64,000 nt of DNA from Candidatus Ozemobacteraceae bacterium (GTDB lineage Bacteria > Muiribacteriota > Ozemobacteria > Ozemobacterales > Ozemobacteraceae), in NCBI GenBank assembly GCA_965140445.1, contig OZ223236.1:544001-608000 (forward strand), read 5' to 3'. Of the stretch, positions 18,215 through 28,530 are shown in pieces; position 1 is the first letter of the stretch; each line of letters starts with the position of its first letter. The notes under the pieces are model-generated. The model searched no databases, had not been told where the DNA came from, and saw nothing but the letters and a program-made list of their open reading frames with translations. A program made the position numbers and the translations under genes.

Positions 18215-19351
18215 ATGAGAAAAGTAAAACAAGTTCTAGTCTGTTTTTTTCTAATTTGTTCCATATTTTCTACTGGTTGCGATGCCAGCAAAATTGGAGA
18301 AATCATACAAAAAGTTGCTGACGGAATTCAGCAGGCAATTCCTGCAATTCAGCAAATAGTTCAAACGGTAACCCAAACTGTTCAGTCGATTAAATCTACT
18401 TTGGACAATAGTGATCCCAACCGAACTTCACAAAACTCTACAAACGTTACACCCTCACCTACAGAAACAAATACCTCTGGTTCAGATGCGACGGTGCAAA
18501 TTACGACGCCTGGAGATTCTGAAGGATTGCCAGATACTTCTGCTAATAATGTTTCTGGCACTACCACTACAACTAACACAAATATTCCCTCCAGCTCAGG
18601 GCAAGAGTCTGGAACCAGTTTTATGGAAAGAACCGCAAATATGTCCAGGGCACAAAAGGATCAGGCAATTGTTCAGGCAATCACCTCTGGTAATATGCCT
18701 GGCTTTTTGCGTAATTTTAAAGACGTTACTGTTAACCGTAGGCTCAGTGACGGAAGAACACATACCATTACGTATAAAGTTATGCCGGACTATCTTGCCA
18801 TAGGTTCAGATAGTGATTTTGTAAGAACTCCTATGACGCCAGATGCGGCACAGCAGATTGCTGATCAATTTGGTTGCATACTTCCAACAACACAGATGGT
18901 TGATGATATCTACTCAAGTTCTCAGACAAAACTTTCACCAAGACCAATGTCTGGTGGTGCTTATCCGAACTGGGAATCACGAATGACTCAAAATGAATTT
19001 TTTAATGAGCATCAGCGTTTGCTAAATGCACAAACTCAACAGGCAGGCCATACTAACGGAAATCTTGTAGCCGGACATAAAAAAGACATTGTAATCACCA
19101 ATCGACTAAATAGTAATCCAGGAAAAGTTGCTATTTACGGCTGGCATCAGACGAATGGTCGCCCAATCCAGAATCTGACCACCGTGCATTCAAAGGACTA
19201 TGCTGATTATAGCCACGGAGTTCGTCTCATTCAGAAAAAAGTCATTGTAGATGGTCGAGAAATGGATATAGAAGACGTTCTTCGTGATCCAATACTTTCT
19301 GGGCTGTTGAGCAATGAAGGACCAATAAATAACTCAAGCGCTGTAAGATAA
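18215..19351 (+). CDS. Putative lipoprotein with S/T-rich linker and C-terminal domain of unknown function
   Basis: Lipobox-like STGC; low-complexity linker; GHKKD...VAIYGWH...YADYSHG motifs. Confidence 0.7.
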   Translation: MRKVKQVLVCFFLICSIFSTGCDASKIGEIIQKVADGIQQAIPAIQQIVQTVTQTVQSIKSTLDNSDPNRTSQNSTNVTPSPTETNTSGSDATVQITTPGDSEGLPDTSANNVSGTTTTTNTNIPSSSGQESGTSFMERTANMSRAQKDQAIVQAITSGNMPGFLRNFKDVTVNRRLSDGRTHTITYKVMPDYLAIGSDSDFVRTPMTPDAAQQIADQFGCILPTTQMVDDIYSSSQTKLSPRPMSGGAYPNWESRMTQNEFFNEHQRLLNAQTQQAGHTNGNLVAGHKKDIVITNRLNSNPGKVAIYGWHQTNGRPIQNLTTVHSKDYADYSHGVRLIQKKVIVDGREMDIEDVLRDPILSGLLSNEGPINNSSAVR

Positions 19352-19434
19352 TCTTTGATCACTTTAAAGCTATTTTGTTTTGGACGTTCCCTTTGAGATT
19401 TTTCAAATCAAGATCTGGTAGCTTAAAAAAAAGT

Positions 19435-19469
19435 AATAAAACCCCCGCTAAGAAAGCGGGGGTTTTATT
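19435..19469. terminator. Bidirectional intrinsic terminator
   Basis: AATAAAACCCCCGCT / AGCGGGGGTTTTATT inverted repeat. Confidence 0.85.
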
Positions 19470-19509
19470 GTCAAAAAAAATTAGTGGTGATTCTCTTTTT
19501 ACGAGGAAC

Positions 19510-20103
19510 TTATGCGGCTTTAAAATCTCCCAATGGAAGAACTTTCTTGCCATAAACTTCATTTAAAACTTGAGCTATTGCGGTATAGATAGCAGAAGCG
19601 CCACAAATAATTCCCTCAAATCCCGTAATATGTTTAAATGTTTCGTTTCCAGTTGCATCGCCTATTGCAAGCATAAAGAAGAGAATTGTAAGTGATCCAA
19701 AAACAAACTGAAGTGCTCTGGAAAGTCTTAAGGTTCCAATAAACATAAGCAATGTAAAAGTTCCCCACATTGATAAGTAACAAATCATTGCGGTATTAGA
19801 AGTTTTTTCTACCAGGCCAAGTTTTGGCAGAACAATTAAAACCACAAGGGTAAGCCAGAAAAATCCATAAGAGGTAAAAGCTGTTAAGCCAAAAGTATTA
19901 TTTTTTTTCCATTCCATAAAACCAGCAAGAATTTGAGCCATTCCTCCATAAAATATTCCCATGGCTAGAATCATTGAATTTAGTTCATAGAAACCGGCAT
20001 TGTGAATATTCAAAAGAACCGTTGTCATTCCAAAGGCAAGAAGGCCTAATGGTGCTGGATTTGCAGTAGTGTCATTGACTGTGTAACTGTTGTTGGGTGT
20101 CAT
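19510..20103 (-). CDS. satP: Acetate/succinate uptake channel, GPR1/FUN34/YaaH family
   Basis: [15 protein letters not shown] signature; [19 protein letters not shown]. Confidence 0.9.
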   Translation of the reverse strand: MTPNNSYTVNDTTANPAPLGLLAFGMTTVLLNIHNAGFYELNSMILAMGIFYGGMAQILAGFMEWKKNNTFGLTAFTSYGFFWLTLVVLIVLPKLGLVEKTSNTAMICYLSMWGTFTLLMFIGTLRLSRALQFVFGSLTILFFMLAIGDATGNETFKHITGFEGIICGASAIYTAIAQVLNEVYGKKVLPLGDFKAA

Positions 20104-20157
20104 GTGGTAACTCCTATTGTATATATTGCTGTGTGTGTGTGGAAAATGCGAATGGGC

Positions 20158-20186
20158 ATTCTAAGTGTAAACCCCTATGAATGCAA
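20158..20186 (-). promoter_or_regulatory. Sigma70-type promoter of satP
   Basis: Minus strand TTGCAT-N17-TAGAAT. Confidence 0.55.
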
Positions 20187-20270
20187 GCTATTCATGTAAA
20201 TAACCAAAAATAGTAAGATTGATTTACGTGCTTTTGGTATACTGAATTTAAGATTCATTGGGAGATAAAA

Positions 20271-20840
20271 ATGACCGAATTAAATTTGTCTGAGGGGTTA
20301 AAAAGGCTTTTCGAAAAAGAAGGTAAGGTATATAAGATCTTCTGGGGTCTTGTGCCGTTTCATCTGATTTTCTTTTCAATTTTGAGCTATGTAATGGTGA
20401 ATATTGTTAAATTTAAGCCAATTTTAGCCACTGATTTGCATATGATAATTCTTTTTGTTGCAGGCTCAGCTGTTGTTTCTGTAAGTATTTCAGGGGTTGC
20501 CATCACAAAATGGGCATTCAATTCGTTGGCTAATCAAAATGCTGAAACCATAAACTTAAAAGCTGATGAAGAAGGAGCTTCGGATTCATTTAACAAGCTT
20601 GCGGCGAATATGTTTAGTAAAGTCAAACCAATGCTACTTGTAGGTGTTCTTTTGTGCGATTCTGCCATCAATATTGCGTTTATAATTTCTTTATTAACCG
20701 GGCAATTGTACTTTGTTTATGGCGTTTCGTTATTTTCTCTTCTGGTTTGGAAGGTTTTCATTTATTCACCGACTGAATTTGAATCCAAATTTACTCTGAT
20801 ATTTGCTGAGAAGGTAAAAATGGCCAATCGGGAAAATTAA
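20271..20840 (+). CDS. Membrane hypothetical protein
   Basis: GGGAG RBS; about four hydrophobic segments. Confidence 0.65.
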   Translation: MTELNLSEGLKRLFEKEGKVYKIFWGLVPFHLIFFSILSYVMVNIVKFKPILATDLHMIILFVAGSAVVSVSISGVAITKWAFNSLANQNAETINLKADEEGASDSFNKLAANMFSKVKPMLLVGVLLCDSAINIAFIISLLTGQLYFVYGVSLFSLLVWKVFIYSPTEFESKFTLIFAEKVKMANREN

Positions 20841-20889
20841 AAATTCCCCTTAACCATTTTCATTTGATCTCTTATTAAAGGAGAATCAA

Positions 20890-21351
20890 ATGTCTAACCT
20901 TAAAACTAAAAACGCCAGATTTTTTTCTGAAAACTCAGTTTTAATGACTTCTGTGACGGTAAAAGTCAAAAGTGGCACCTCGCGTCTAACTATTCCCCAA
21001 ATTAGCAGCCTTTTAACTGATGTGTGGCACTCTACAAATTCCTGGTTAGTTTGGAAGTATTTGATCATGCCTGATTCAATCCACATACTTTGTCGACCAT
21101 CTCTTGTATCTGCTATTTCTGTAAAAAAATGGATTGGATTTTGGAAAAAACAGATAGAAGTTAATTGGCCACAAGAATTGCCAATAAATCCACGAGCAAA
21201 AAACGATAAATTGGATTGGAAAATTTTTGTTAGAAAAGCAAGGCCTTCAAGATGGGGAAATTATCTTAAGAAGCCTGTCAAAGAAGGGTTAGTTTCAAAG
21301 TTTGATGATTGGCCCTTTAAGGGCGAAGTTTATCCAATTGAAATGAGTTGA
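20890..21351 (+). CDS. Degenerate RAYT/IS200-like HUH tyrosine transposase homologue
   Basis: YLIMPDSIHIL (family MPDHxH), WIGFWK, YLKKPVKEGLVSKFDDWPFKG (family Y..NPV..GLV....WP); AAGGAG RBS. Confidence 0.6.
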   Translation: MSNLKTKNARFFSENSVLMTSVTVKVKSGTSRLTIPQISSLLTDVWHSTNSWLVWKYLIMPDSIHILCRPSLVSAISVKKWIGFWKKQIEVNWPQELPINPRAKNDKLDWKIFVRKARPSRWGNYLKKPVKEGLVSKFDDWPFKGEVYPIEMS

Positions 21352-21533
21352 ATCAATTGGATGAATTGCTTTTTTCTTCATGGGGATTGGTAGAATTTGC
21401 CATTTGAGATGGGAAATTTGAAAATACGTTAATTGAAATTATAAGCGCGGCATTATTCAGGTTTTGTTCTCTTTCTTGCGGTAAATTTGATTCGTCAGTA
21501 TAATTTTTGTGTACTTGTACGTCCGGAGGAGTT

Positions 21534-22796
21534 ATGCAATCTTTTAGAAACAAAATCAGAATTTTTATAATACTGATTTTTGCTATATCAATTTCAGTTT
21601 CTCTTTTTGCAGGAAATAGCTGGGAACCAAATCTAACTCCAGTTTCTTTGGTCGATAAAAACAACGAAGAAATCATTTTAGACAATGTTCGCTGGGGATT
21701 TAAATATGATGGAAAAGAATTTAAAACCGTTTATAAGCGGGCAAAAATTCGATTTGACCAGGTAGAAAGTATTTTATTCTGCACGGAGGATTTTCCTCCA
21801 AAATGCGTTGCTTCACATATTTACCTGACGTTTATCTTCAAGTCTGACAAGGGAATGGTTACAGCTGATGGGAAGCACTCGGCAAAAGGTGTGGTTATTT
21901 CTGTAACTAATCGGCTTAGAAAAGGAGAAGCGGCTTCTTCACTAACAAAAGCTTTTTTCCCTAAGCGAACAAAAGATCCATGGCCTTTAGTATTTGAGGT
22001 CGGGACCTTAGCTGATAGACTTCAAAATAGTATGTTTGTTTGTGGAAATGACATTAAAATGTATCCTCTAAAGCTATCTTCAAAGCTAGTTGAGCAGGTT
22101 TTTAGGTCAGGTATTGAACTTTCACTGGTGGACAGATCTAAAGATTTTTATCATGTTCTTTTTAACAATTGCGTTGTTGGGGCTTTTAAAATATTGAAAA
22201 AAGGTCTGGGAGAGAAATATTTTCCAGACTTTTGGACAATAAAAGGAAAGCTGGTTAGCCATAAGGTTTCTTTACCGAAATTAAGTGCCGGGTATCTTAA
22301 GAAAAAGGGATTAAACAACAAAAAGTATGAAATCCCGCACTCTTCAAGATTTGTAACCCTACCCTCCTCTCGCGGTAAAATTGTTTTTGATATGACAAAA
22401 ATGGAGGGATATGCGCGGGCTATTCCTGCTATTATTCCATTTGCTATTGAATTACAAAATTATTTTGAGTTATCTCAGGTTTCTTCTGATATGCAACGTC
22501 TGGTAGATCTTGTTGGACCATCTCATCCAGATTGTTTTAAATATTTAGCAACTAAATCCCATGTGGATAATGAGAGGGAAGAGACAGCTGAAGCCATTTT
22601 GAAAATGCTAAAAGCAAATCAAATTGATTCATTAAATTACTATTTAGATGCGATTAAAAGGAATAGACTAAATCGTAATTTTGGATTTTCGGAAATTAAC
22701 TCGTCGTTAGTTAACTTTTTGAAGTTTGAGATTTCCCACGACCCGCAAAAAAAATCAGCTTTGCAGAGCTACTATGATTCGTTAAGGAAGTTCTAA
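21534..22796 (+). CDS. Secreted DUF4105-like (Lnb N-terminal) protein
   Basis: GGAGG RBS, signal peptide, ASHIYLTF and FYHVLFNNC motifs. Confidence 0.65.
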   Translation: MQSFRNKIRIFIILIFAISISVSLFAGNSWEPNLTPVSLVDKNNEEIILDNVRWGFKYDGKEFKTVYKRAKIRFDQVESILFCTEDFPPKCVASHIYLTFIFKSDKGMVTADGKHSAKGVVISVTNRLRKGEAASSLTKAFFPKRTKDPWPLVFEVGTLADRLQNSMFVCGNDIKMYPLKLSSKLVEQVFRSGIELSLVDRSKDFYHVLFNNCVVGAFKILKKGLGEKYFPDFWTIKGKLVSHKVSLPKLSAGYLKKKGLNNKKYEIPHSSRFVTLPSSRGKIVFDMTKMEGYARAIPAIIPFAIELQNYFELSQVSSDMQRLVDLVGPSHPDCFKYLATKSHVDNEREETAEAILKMLKANQIDSLNYYLDAIKRNRLNRNFGFSEINSSLVNFLKFEISHDPQKKSALQSYYDSLRKF

Positions 22797-22799
22797 AAT

Positions 22800-23417
22800 T
22801 TGTATACACAAGTTCCCTATGACTTAGAGCAGAAATTGGAGAGAGAACTCCAGGCAGGTGAATCTGTAATTTATAAGGGAATGCCAATTCCTCGTTTTTT
22901 CCGCGCAGAAACCTTTGGAATTTTCCTTTTTGCTATACCTTGGACTGCTTTTGCTATTTTTTGGATGTGCGGTGCTGCTGGATTCAAAATTCCAGACTTT
23001 AGTAATGGTTTCAGCCCTTTTATGCTTTTTCCCTTATTTGGCTTGCCATTTGTTGGAATTGGTATTGGAATGCTTTCTTCACCTTTTTTTTCATATTGGC
23101 AGGAAACCAAAACTATTTATGCCATAACAAATAAAAGGATAATAATTATTAGCGGCATAAGAACAATAGAGATTCAGAGCTATGCATTGGATAAATTGGA
23201 GGGGATAGTTCGCAGAGAAAGGGGAGCGAAAGGGGATCTTATTTTTTCTTATAAACGCTGGAAAGATTCTGATGGAGATCATAGAACTCAGGAAATTGGG
23301 TTTTTCAATATTCTTGATGTGGTAACTGCACAACGGACCTTACAAAAGGCAATTGAAAAGTATCATGAAAATTTAACATCCAAGGCAGATCAAGGCGATT
23401 GGAAACTAAAAGAATAG
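22800..23417 (+). CDS. Membrane protein with PH-like C-terminal region
   Basis: FAIPWTAFAIFW..LFGLPF TM pair; TIYAITNKRIII motif. Confidence 0.7.
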   Translation: MYTQVPYDLEQKLERELQAGESVIYKGMPIPRFFRAETFGIFLFAIPWTAFAIFWMCGAAGFKIPDFSNGFSPFMLFPLFGLPFVGIGIGMLSSPFFSYWQETKTIYAITNKRIIIISGIRTIEIQSYALDKLEGIVRRERGAKGDLIFSYKRWKDSDGDHRTQEIGFFNILDVVTAQRTLQKAIEKYHENLTSKADQGDWKLKE

Positions 23418-23433
23418 TCTATAGAAATTTCTT

Positions 23434-24081
23434 TTATGTGTTGTAAGTGATTTCGAATGAGATCAGATGTTCCTTAAATTTCCAGGAGTCTTTTTTCCTG
23501 TAATCCAATCCGTAATAGACTTCCAGTTTTACATCTTTTTGTATGGATATTTGTTTCCCAATGGCAGGAATTAGCGTAGTCCATTCTTTTTTGTCCATAT
23601 CATAAAAAGCGCTACCCATAAGAAACAATTTTTGCTTTTTTCCAGTTGGTTTATAAAGTCTGATTCGATTTCCTACACGGTGTTTTATCGAGTTATTTGT
23701 AAAATCCTGGTAGTCGTATGAGATTCGGTAATCTAATTTTACAGTCTCAAATTGCTGATTAATTTGTAAACCCATTTCAAAACGATCTTCACCTGGTTTG
23801 TTTTTAGATTGAACAACATGTTTAAAGCCAGAATGAAAATCCATTTGGTCTAATTTTTTTATCCACCTTATCCCACCAGACCAGATCGCGTTCTCATCAT
23901 TTAGAGTATCAGCAGTCTTAGACGAAAAAATGAGTCTGATTTTTTCGTCATTGGATATTTTCCGATCAAATTGCGTGCAAAATAGCAGTTTTGCCTCATC
24001 ATTAGCAAAAATTCCAGATGATAAACATAGAAAAGCAGTTAAGAATACAAAAAGTAGTTTTTTGCTAAAGCTGTATTTCAT
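23434..24081 (-). CDS. Small outer-membrane beta-barrel (DUF2490-like)
   Basis: GGAG RBS, signal peptide, amphipathic strands, E.R and R..NRIR motifs. Confidence 0.55.
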   Translation of the reverse strand: MKYSFSKKLLFVFLTAFLCLSSGIFANDEAKLLFCTQFDRKISNDEKIRLIFSSKTADTLNDENAIWSGGIRWIKKLDQMDFHSGFKHVVQSKNKPGEDRFEMGLQINQQFETVKLDYRISYDYQDFTNNSIKHRVGNRIRLYKPTGKKQKLFLMGSAFYDMDKKEWTTLIPAIGKQISIQKDVKLEVYYGLDYRKKDSWKFKEHLISFEITYNT

Positions 24082-24345
24082 AGATATCTCCATCAGCAAT
24101 TTGATCAAATAGATTGTTAAACATTTAACAGTTTTTCTTTTCAGGATTCAAGGTATAAAAGCGAATGGTCAAAGTCATTGCAAAATTTGCTGCTGCATAG
24201 GAAAATGACGTTGAAGGGCTCTTTAATTTTTCAATTGAACTTCTGTATTTCGTTTGAACTCACATCTCTAATAAAGTTCGATTGGACTTGTTTAAATCTT
24301 TTCAGGGGCAAGAAATTTACTATTATATAACTTACCGGAGGAAAC

Positions 24346-26346
24346 ATGAGACAATTTGGAAAATTTTGTATTTTGGCAACTTTGATTCTTTGTGGTCAAT
24401 TGATGCCACTTATGGCACAGCCTAGTTTGAACTCAGCTGATCAGATGATTTTGGCAGCGAAAAATGAGTTTAAAGAAAGTGAGGCTTTTGCTGTAATAAG
24501 AGATGGAAAGAATCCCGAAGTTTTTTACGTGGTCCCGGGGAGACCTCGATTAGAAGTTAGAGGAAAGGGTGCTAACGAAAGACCTGTTTTTCATCTTTTA
24601 AAGTTCCAACATCAGGAAAAAAACGGGGATGTTACTCAGGGAGGTGTTCTTCAGTTTTCTGTAACTTTTGGGATTCCAGAGGTAGTTAGAAGAAATTTAG
24701 CACCTGAAATTAAATCGGCTTTTAAGGTAAAAAAAATTCGATATGCTCCTTTTCCTATAAAGAGCTCTCAAATTAAATTTTATTCTCTTGCGGGAAAACC
24801 ACTTGAGACTGATGATAAAAGTAAAACTAAGATAAATAGTGGCTCAGATTCATCCGAAGGTATTGGCCCCGGTTTTGGAAGTCAGGCAATTCCTTTTCAG
24901 GCAAGACTAACCGATTTGGACTCGGATTTATATGACAACTTAACAAAGGGTAATGCAGGAATTCCAGTTATCATGAACATTACCTATCAAGGGATAACTC
25001 CAAAGCTTGGAGCCAAAGTAACTGTAAACTGGGATCAGACTTATAAGTCCTTGGCAATGGATTATAAATACGACGTAGGTGTGGGTTGCAAATTTGTTAA
25101 TGCTAACGAGGGTTTTGATCTTGGCTGGGCGAAAGATAAGCTGATGAAAAATGACAGCTTGAAAATTGAATCCACTACAGGAGAAGGCTTTTCAGATGCT
25201 GATTTAGCAGCTGTTTTGGATCAAATCATTCCAAAAATTATTGCTGAAATGTTTGAAACGAATAAGGGAAGTCTTGGCTTTCCTGAAGAAATTCCTGATA
25301 CTCTTGCTAAGAGTCTTTCTGAAAAGGATAACAAGCCTGAGTCAAGTGGTGGCCTTGGAGATATTATAGGAAGCATCGCTTCTGGAGCATCTGCTTTGGC
25401 AGCTCTTTCAACTGGCATTATGGATATGTCAGCAGAGTGTAGCCAGAAGTTTACTTTGAAATCAAAGGAAAGAGTCAAAAAAGGGCATCAGGTTTTTGAG
25501 CTTAACAAGCGTTCAATAGTAACAAGAAATTGTTCTTTTGGCTCATGTCTAAACATTAAGCCATGGATCAAATACAAAGATGAACTAATTTCTGTTATGC
25601 AGCCAGGCAATTGGGAAACGGCCTTTTTTGCCCTTCCTGCTGTTGGTGATTGTGATTCTCTCGGTATTAGAAGCATAGACATGTTAATTTCTCCATCATA
25701 TAAAGGCAAAAGACTTCCTGGAACAGCTGCTCAGGTGGCTAGATATATGCAAAAAGACGGTGAAGGATCTTGGAAAGACAGAAAAGGGAATGAGATCATA
25801 AATTTATGCTTCCCTATTATGTCATTGATGCAAAGCAAAAAATATAAGATTGATGATTTGTCTTTTAAAGTTGAAACAACCATTACCATGAAATCTGGAA
25901 AGCCACTAAAAATTGAAAAAGAGGTACCAATGGTGAATGGGGACACCCCTCTTACAACTCCAGAAGCATATGCTGATGTGGTGAAAATTGATGGAAATTT
26001 GTTATTCTTCGATACAGTTAATCGAAAGGGGTTAGCCAGAGTAAAAGGTCGTATTAAAGCCAGTAAGCCTACTTTTGTAGCTAATTTTGTTTTGAGTCCA
26101 GATAACCCCGAATTTGTTACACTGATTCCCTCTGATTCAAAATCAGTAGTAGCTGACATAGATTTCCTGAGATTTACTGGAAAGAGAAACAAATACAAAA
26201 ATAGCGGTAAAGACATGAAAGATTACTGTGCAGACCTTGATTTATTTCTTTTTGACAGTATGTGGTTGAACGAAGGTGAAAAGATTACAGATTTCACATC
26301 AGACTCCTTTGATAACGATGATAGTAGTTCAGACGGATACTATTGA
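24346..26346 (+). CDS. Secreted hypothetical protein
   Basis: GGAGG RBS, signal peptide, 666 aa, own terminator. Confidence 0.75.
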   Translation: MRQFGKFCILATLILCGQLMPLMAQPSLNSADQMILAAKNEFKESEAFAVIRDGKNPEVFYVVPGRPRLEVRGKGANERPVFHLLKFQHQEKNGDVTQGGVLQFSVTFGIPEVVRRNLAPEIKSAFKVKKIRYAPFPIKSSQIKFYSLAGKPLETDDKSKTKINSGSDSSEGIGPGFGSQAIPFQARLTDLDSDLYDNLTKGNAGIPVIMNITYQGITPKLGAKVTVNWDQTYKSLAMDYKYDVGVGCKFVNANEGFDLGWAKDKLMKNDSLKIESTTGEGFSDADLAAVLDQIIPKIIAEMFETNKGSLGFPEEIPDTLAKSLSEKDNKPESSGGLGDIIGSIASGASALAALSTGIMDMSAECSQKFTLKSKERVKKGHQVFELNKRSIVTRNCSFGSCLNIKPWIKYKDELISVMQPGNWETAFFALPAVGDCDSLGIRSIDMLISPSYKGKRLPGTAAQVARYMQKDGEGSWKDRKGNEIINLCFPIMSLMQSKKYKIDDLSFKVETTITMKSGKPLKIEKEVPMVNGDTPLTTPEAYADVVKIDGNLLFFDTVNRKGLARVKGRIKASKPTFVANFVLSPDNPEFVTLIPSDSKSVVADIDFLRFTGKRNKYKNSGKDMKDYCADLDLFLFDSMWLNEGEKITDFTSDSFDNDDSSSDGYY

Positions 26347-26371
26347 TTTAATTTAAAGTAAAATTTTTAGT

Positions 26372-26406
26372 AGCTCCTTTTGCTTTTAAGCAAAAGGAGT
26401 TTTTTT
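26372..26406 (+). terminator. Intrinsic terminator
   Basis: AGCTCCTTTTGCTT / AAGCAAAAGGAGTT stem plus T tract. Confidence 0.8.
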
Positions 26407-26445
26407 ATATTTAATTTGCTTGCCTGATTAGATTAGAATTTAGAT

Positions 26446-27234
26446 ATGAATAAAAAAGAGTTTTTGCAGACAGCTAAGGTTCGTTTGCATGATATGAAAA
26501 ATTTATTTGAGGAACTTTTTGTAGATTTTTCGACGACAGATTCCTGGCATGCAATAGAGGTCTATTCTGGGCTTGGGTATGCTCTTGGAGATTCGGTAAA
26601 ATTTCTGCAGGAGAATAAGAAATCTTTTGAAAATCCAGGCGAGCAATCAGCTGTGGCAGCCTTAATAGACCAAACAATGCGTTTTATGCAGACTTTAGCA
26701 GATATTATAAATTATCTGAGGAGAAAGCTGGAACTTCCAGAAGGATTGATTGAACAAGGAATTGAGCAATACAAATGCAACATTTTACCACTACTTGAAG
26801 ACCTTAATAGACTTGTATCTGATGGTGAAGATTTTTCTTCTCCCAAGAACAAAGATTTTCAAGATGCGGATTCCGAATTTCCTGTTGCTGGAATTTTTAC
26901 TCAAAGTCTGTCATTAATTATCCAGATATTTGTGTCACTGGTAGCAGCGTTTGTAATTGCTTTTTTTGGCCTGATAAAAGGTAATTGGTTTGGAACGGCA
27001 ATTGTAGCAATTTTTATTGGATTCTTCTTTGGTGAACTTATAACTGCAATTGAAAATTTTTTACATAAACCTAAGCTTAGAGGAGTTCAAAAGCTTCGTG
27101 TTGCACTTGTTTTTTGGATTTCGCTTAGCTTAGCCATTTACGCAAATTCTGTGTTATTAGGAATTAATCTAATTGGGATTTTCTTTATCACGCTTCTTGC
27201 AACAGCTCTATGGCTTAAGATAGAGGGCTGGTAA
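26446..27234 (+). CDS. Hypothetical protein with helical N-terminus and four C-terminal TM segments
   Basis: 262-aa ORF; hydrophobic C-terminal third. Confidence 0.7.
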   Translation: MNKKEFLQTAKVRLHDMKNLFEELFVDFSTTDSWHAIEVYSGLGYALGDSVKFLQENKKSFENPGEQSAVAALIDQTMRFMQTLADIINYLRRKLELPEGLIEQGIEQYKCNILPLLEDLNRLVSDGEDFSSPKNKDFQDADSEFPVAGIFTQSLSLIIQIFVSLVAAFVIAFFGLIKGNWFGTAIVAIFIGFFFGELITAIENFLHKPKLRGVQKLRVALVFWISLSLAIYANSVLLGINLIGIFFITLLATALWLKIEGW

Positions 27235-27237
27235 CAT

Positions 27238-27420
27238 CTAAATATAAACCGTTACTTTGTCCCCTTCTTCTAGATTCTTTTTTTTTATTTTTTCGCGGGC
27301 AAGATATATTTCCGATGTTGAGTCTGGATCATCAGGATTGGGAACTAGAATAACAACAATCCCGTTGGAAACCCGATCTACCACACCTCTTACTCTTTTT
27401 TTATCATTATTATTTTTCAA
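27238..27420 (-). CDS. Small DUF3006-like protein
   Basis: GAGGAG RBS; GVVDRV...LEEGDKV pattern. Confidence 0.55.
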   Translation of the reverse strand: MKNNNDKKRVRGVVDRVSNGIVVILVPNPDDPDSTSEIYLAREKIKKKNLEEGDKVTVYI

Positions 27421-27506
27421 TTTAGCCGATCTCCTCTAAAAATGTTCTTTTTGTTCTAATTTAGTTATACAATTTGGAAAGAATTCGGCAAGCCTCGGGA
27501 AAAAAC

Positions 27507-28205
27507 ATGACTGAAAAAATGAATCTTCATAACCATACAGAGTTTTCAGACGGAAGCTTTAGTGCGGATGATATTGTAAATTTTGCAATAAATTCTGGTT
27601 TAGACATGATTGGAATTTCGGATCATTTTTTTACCAGTAAAATTTTCTGGGATTACAGTTATCAGGAATGGATAGAGGTAAATTGGGGCAGATATCTGCT
27701 TATGCTGGAAAATGTTACGAGTTGGTTTTCCCACAAAAAAATCAGAATTCTAAAAGGTATTGAGATTGATAGCTGCGAAGAAAGGCTACAGGTTAAATTA
27801 GAAAGTTTACCCTGGAAAGATATAAATGGCAGACTGGATTATGTACTGGTAGAATACGTAGGTGAAACTCATATCGGCGGTATGAAGCTGGAAGATCTGG
27901 GAAGAATAAGAGAATTATGTCAAATTCCAATTATTCTGGCCCATCCTGATATTGATTTTCTAAAGTTGGCTTTGCCCTTAGACAAGGTATTTGGTATATT
28001 ACGACAGTATGATATTGCTTTGGAGATTCCTGCGGGTTACAGAAACCAGTGGTTCTGGAACAATAATGATCCCAAGCTTTTACAGGATTTAACTTTGAGT
28101 ATTGGCAGCGATACTCACGATGATCTTGCTCAAGCTGGTGATATTTATAGGACGCTCGAATTTCTTCAAAAAAATAATTTGGCAGATAATTTAATAAAGC
28201 TTTAA
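27507..28205 (+). CDS. PHP-domain phosphoesterase
   Basis: NLHNHTEFSDG, ISDH, GIEID, LAHP and GSDTH motifs. Confidence 0.85.
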   Translation: MTEKMNLHNHTEFSDGSFSADDIVNFAINSGLDMIGISDHFFTSKIFWDYSYQEWIEVNWGRYLLMLENVTSWFSHKKIRILKGIEIDSCEERLQVKLESLPWKDINGRLDYVLVEYVGETHIGGMKLEDLGRIRELCQIPIILAHPDIDFLKLALPLDKVFGILRQYDIALEIPAGYRNQWFWNNNDPKLLQDLTLSIGSDTHDDLAQAGDIYRTLEFLQKNNLADNLIKL

Positions 28206-28232
28206 TAAGCATCAAGGAAGGTGAGGTACCCG

Positions 28233-28517
28233 GTGACTACTCAGAAAGAACAAGTTGTTATATCTGTTCTCGGTGCCAATACTCCCGGCATTCTTGCTGG
28301 GGTAACCCGCGCTATCGCAGAATCAAACGTAAACGTTGAAGATGTTAGCCAAAAGGTTATGGGCGAGCATTTTGCTCTAATGATGATGACTGATTTTTCC
28401 ACTGCGAACTGTCATTTTGAAGAATTTGAGAGTCGAATGCAGAAAGCAGCAGATGAGCTGAGAGTAAAAGTTTTTGTTCAGCACGAAGATGTTTTCAGAT
28501 TTCAACACCGACTCTAA
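28233..28517 (+). CDS. ACT-domain protein (UPF0237-like)
   Basis: VISVLG...GILAGV...NVEDVSQ...QHEDVF..HRL; adjacent to the UPF0210 gene; GTG start inferred from the GAGGT RBS. Confidence 0.85.
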   Translation: MTTQKEQVVISVLGANTPGILAGVTRAIAESNVNVEDVSQKVMGEHFALMMMTDFSTANCHFEEFESRMQKAADELRVKVFVQHEDVFRFQHRL

Positions 28518-28530
28518 TGGAGGGTGAACA

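Noticed and set aside
20131..20141. (GT)5G dinucleotide run in the satP leader as a phase-variation tract
   Set aside because: Too short, and outside both the promoter spacer and the coding sequence.
24099..24130. Palindromes ATTTGATCAAAT and TGTTAAA-CA-TTTAACA in a divergent intergenic region
   Set aside because: AT-rich and unassignable to a regulator; may be operators but unsupported.
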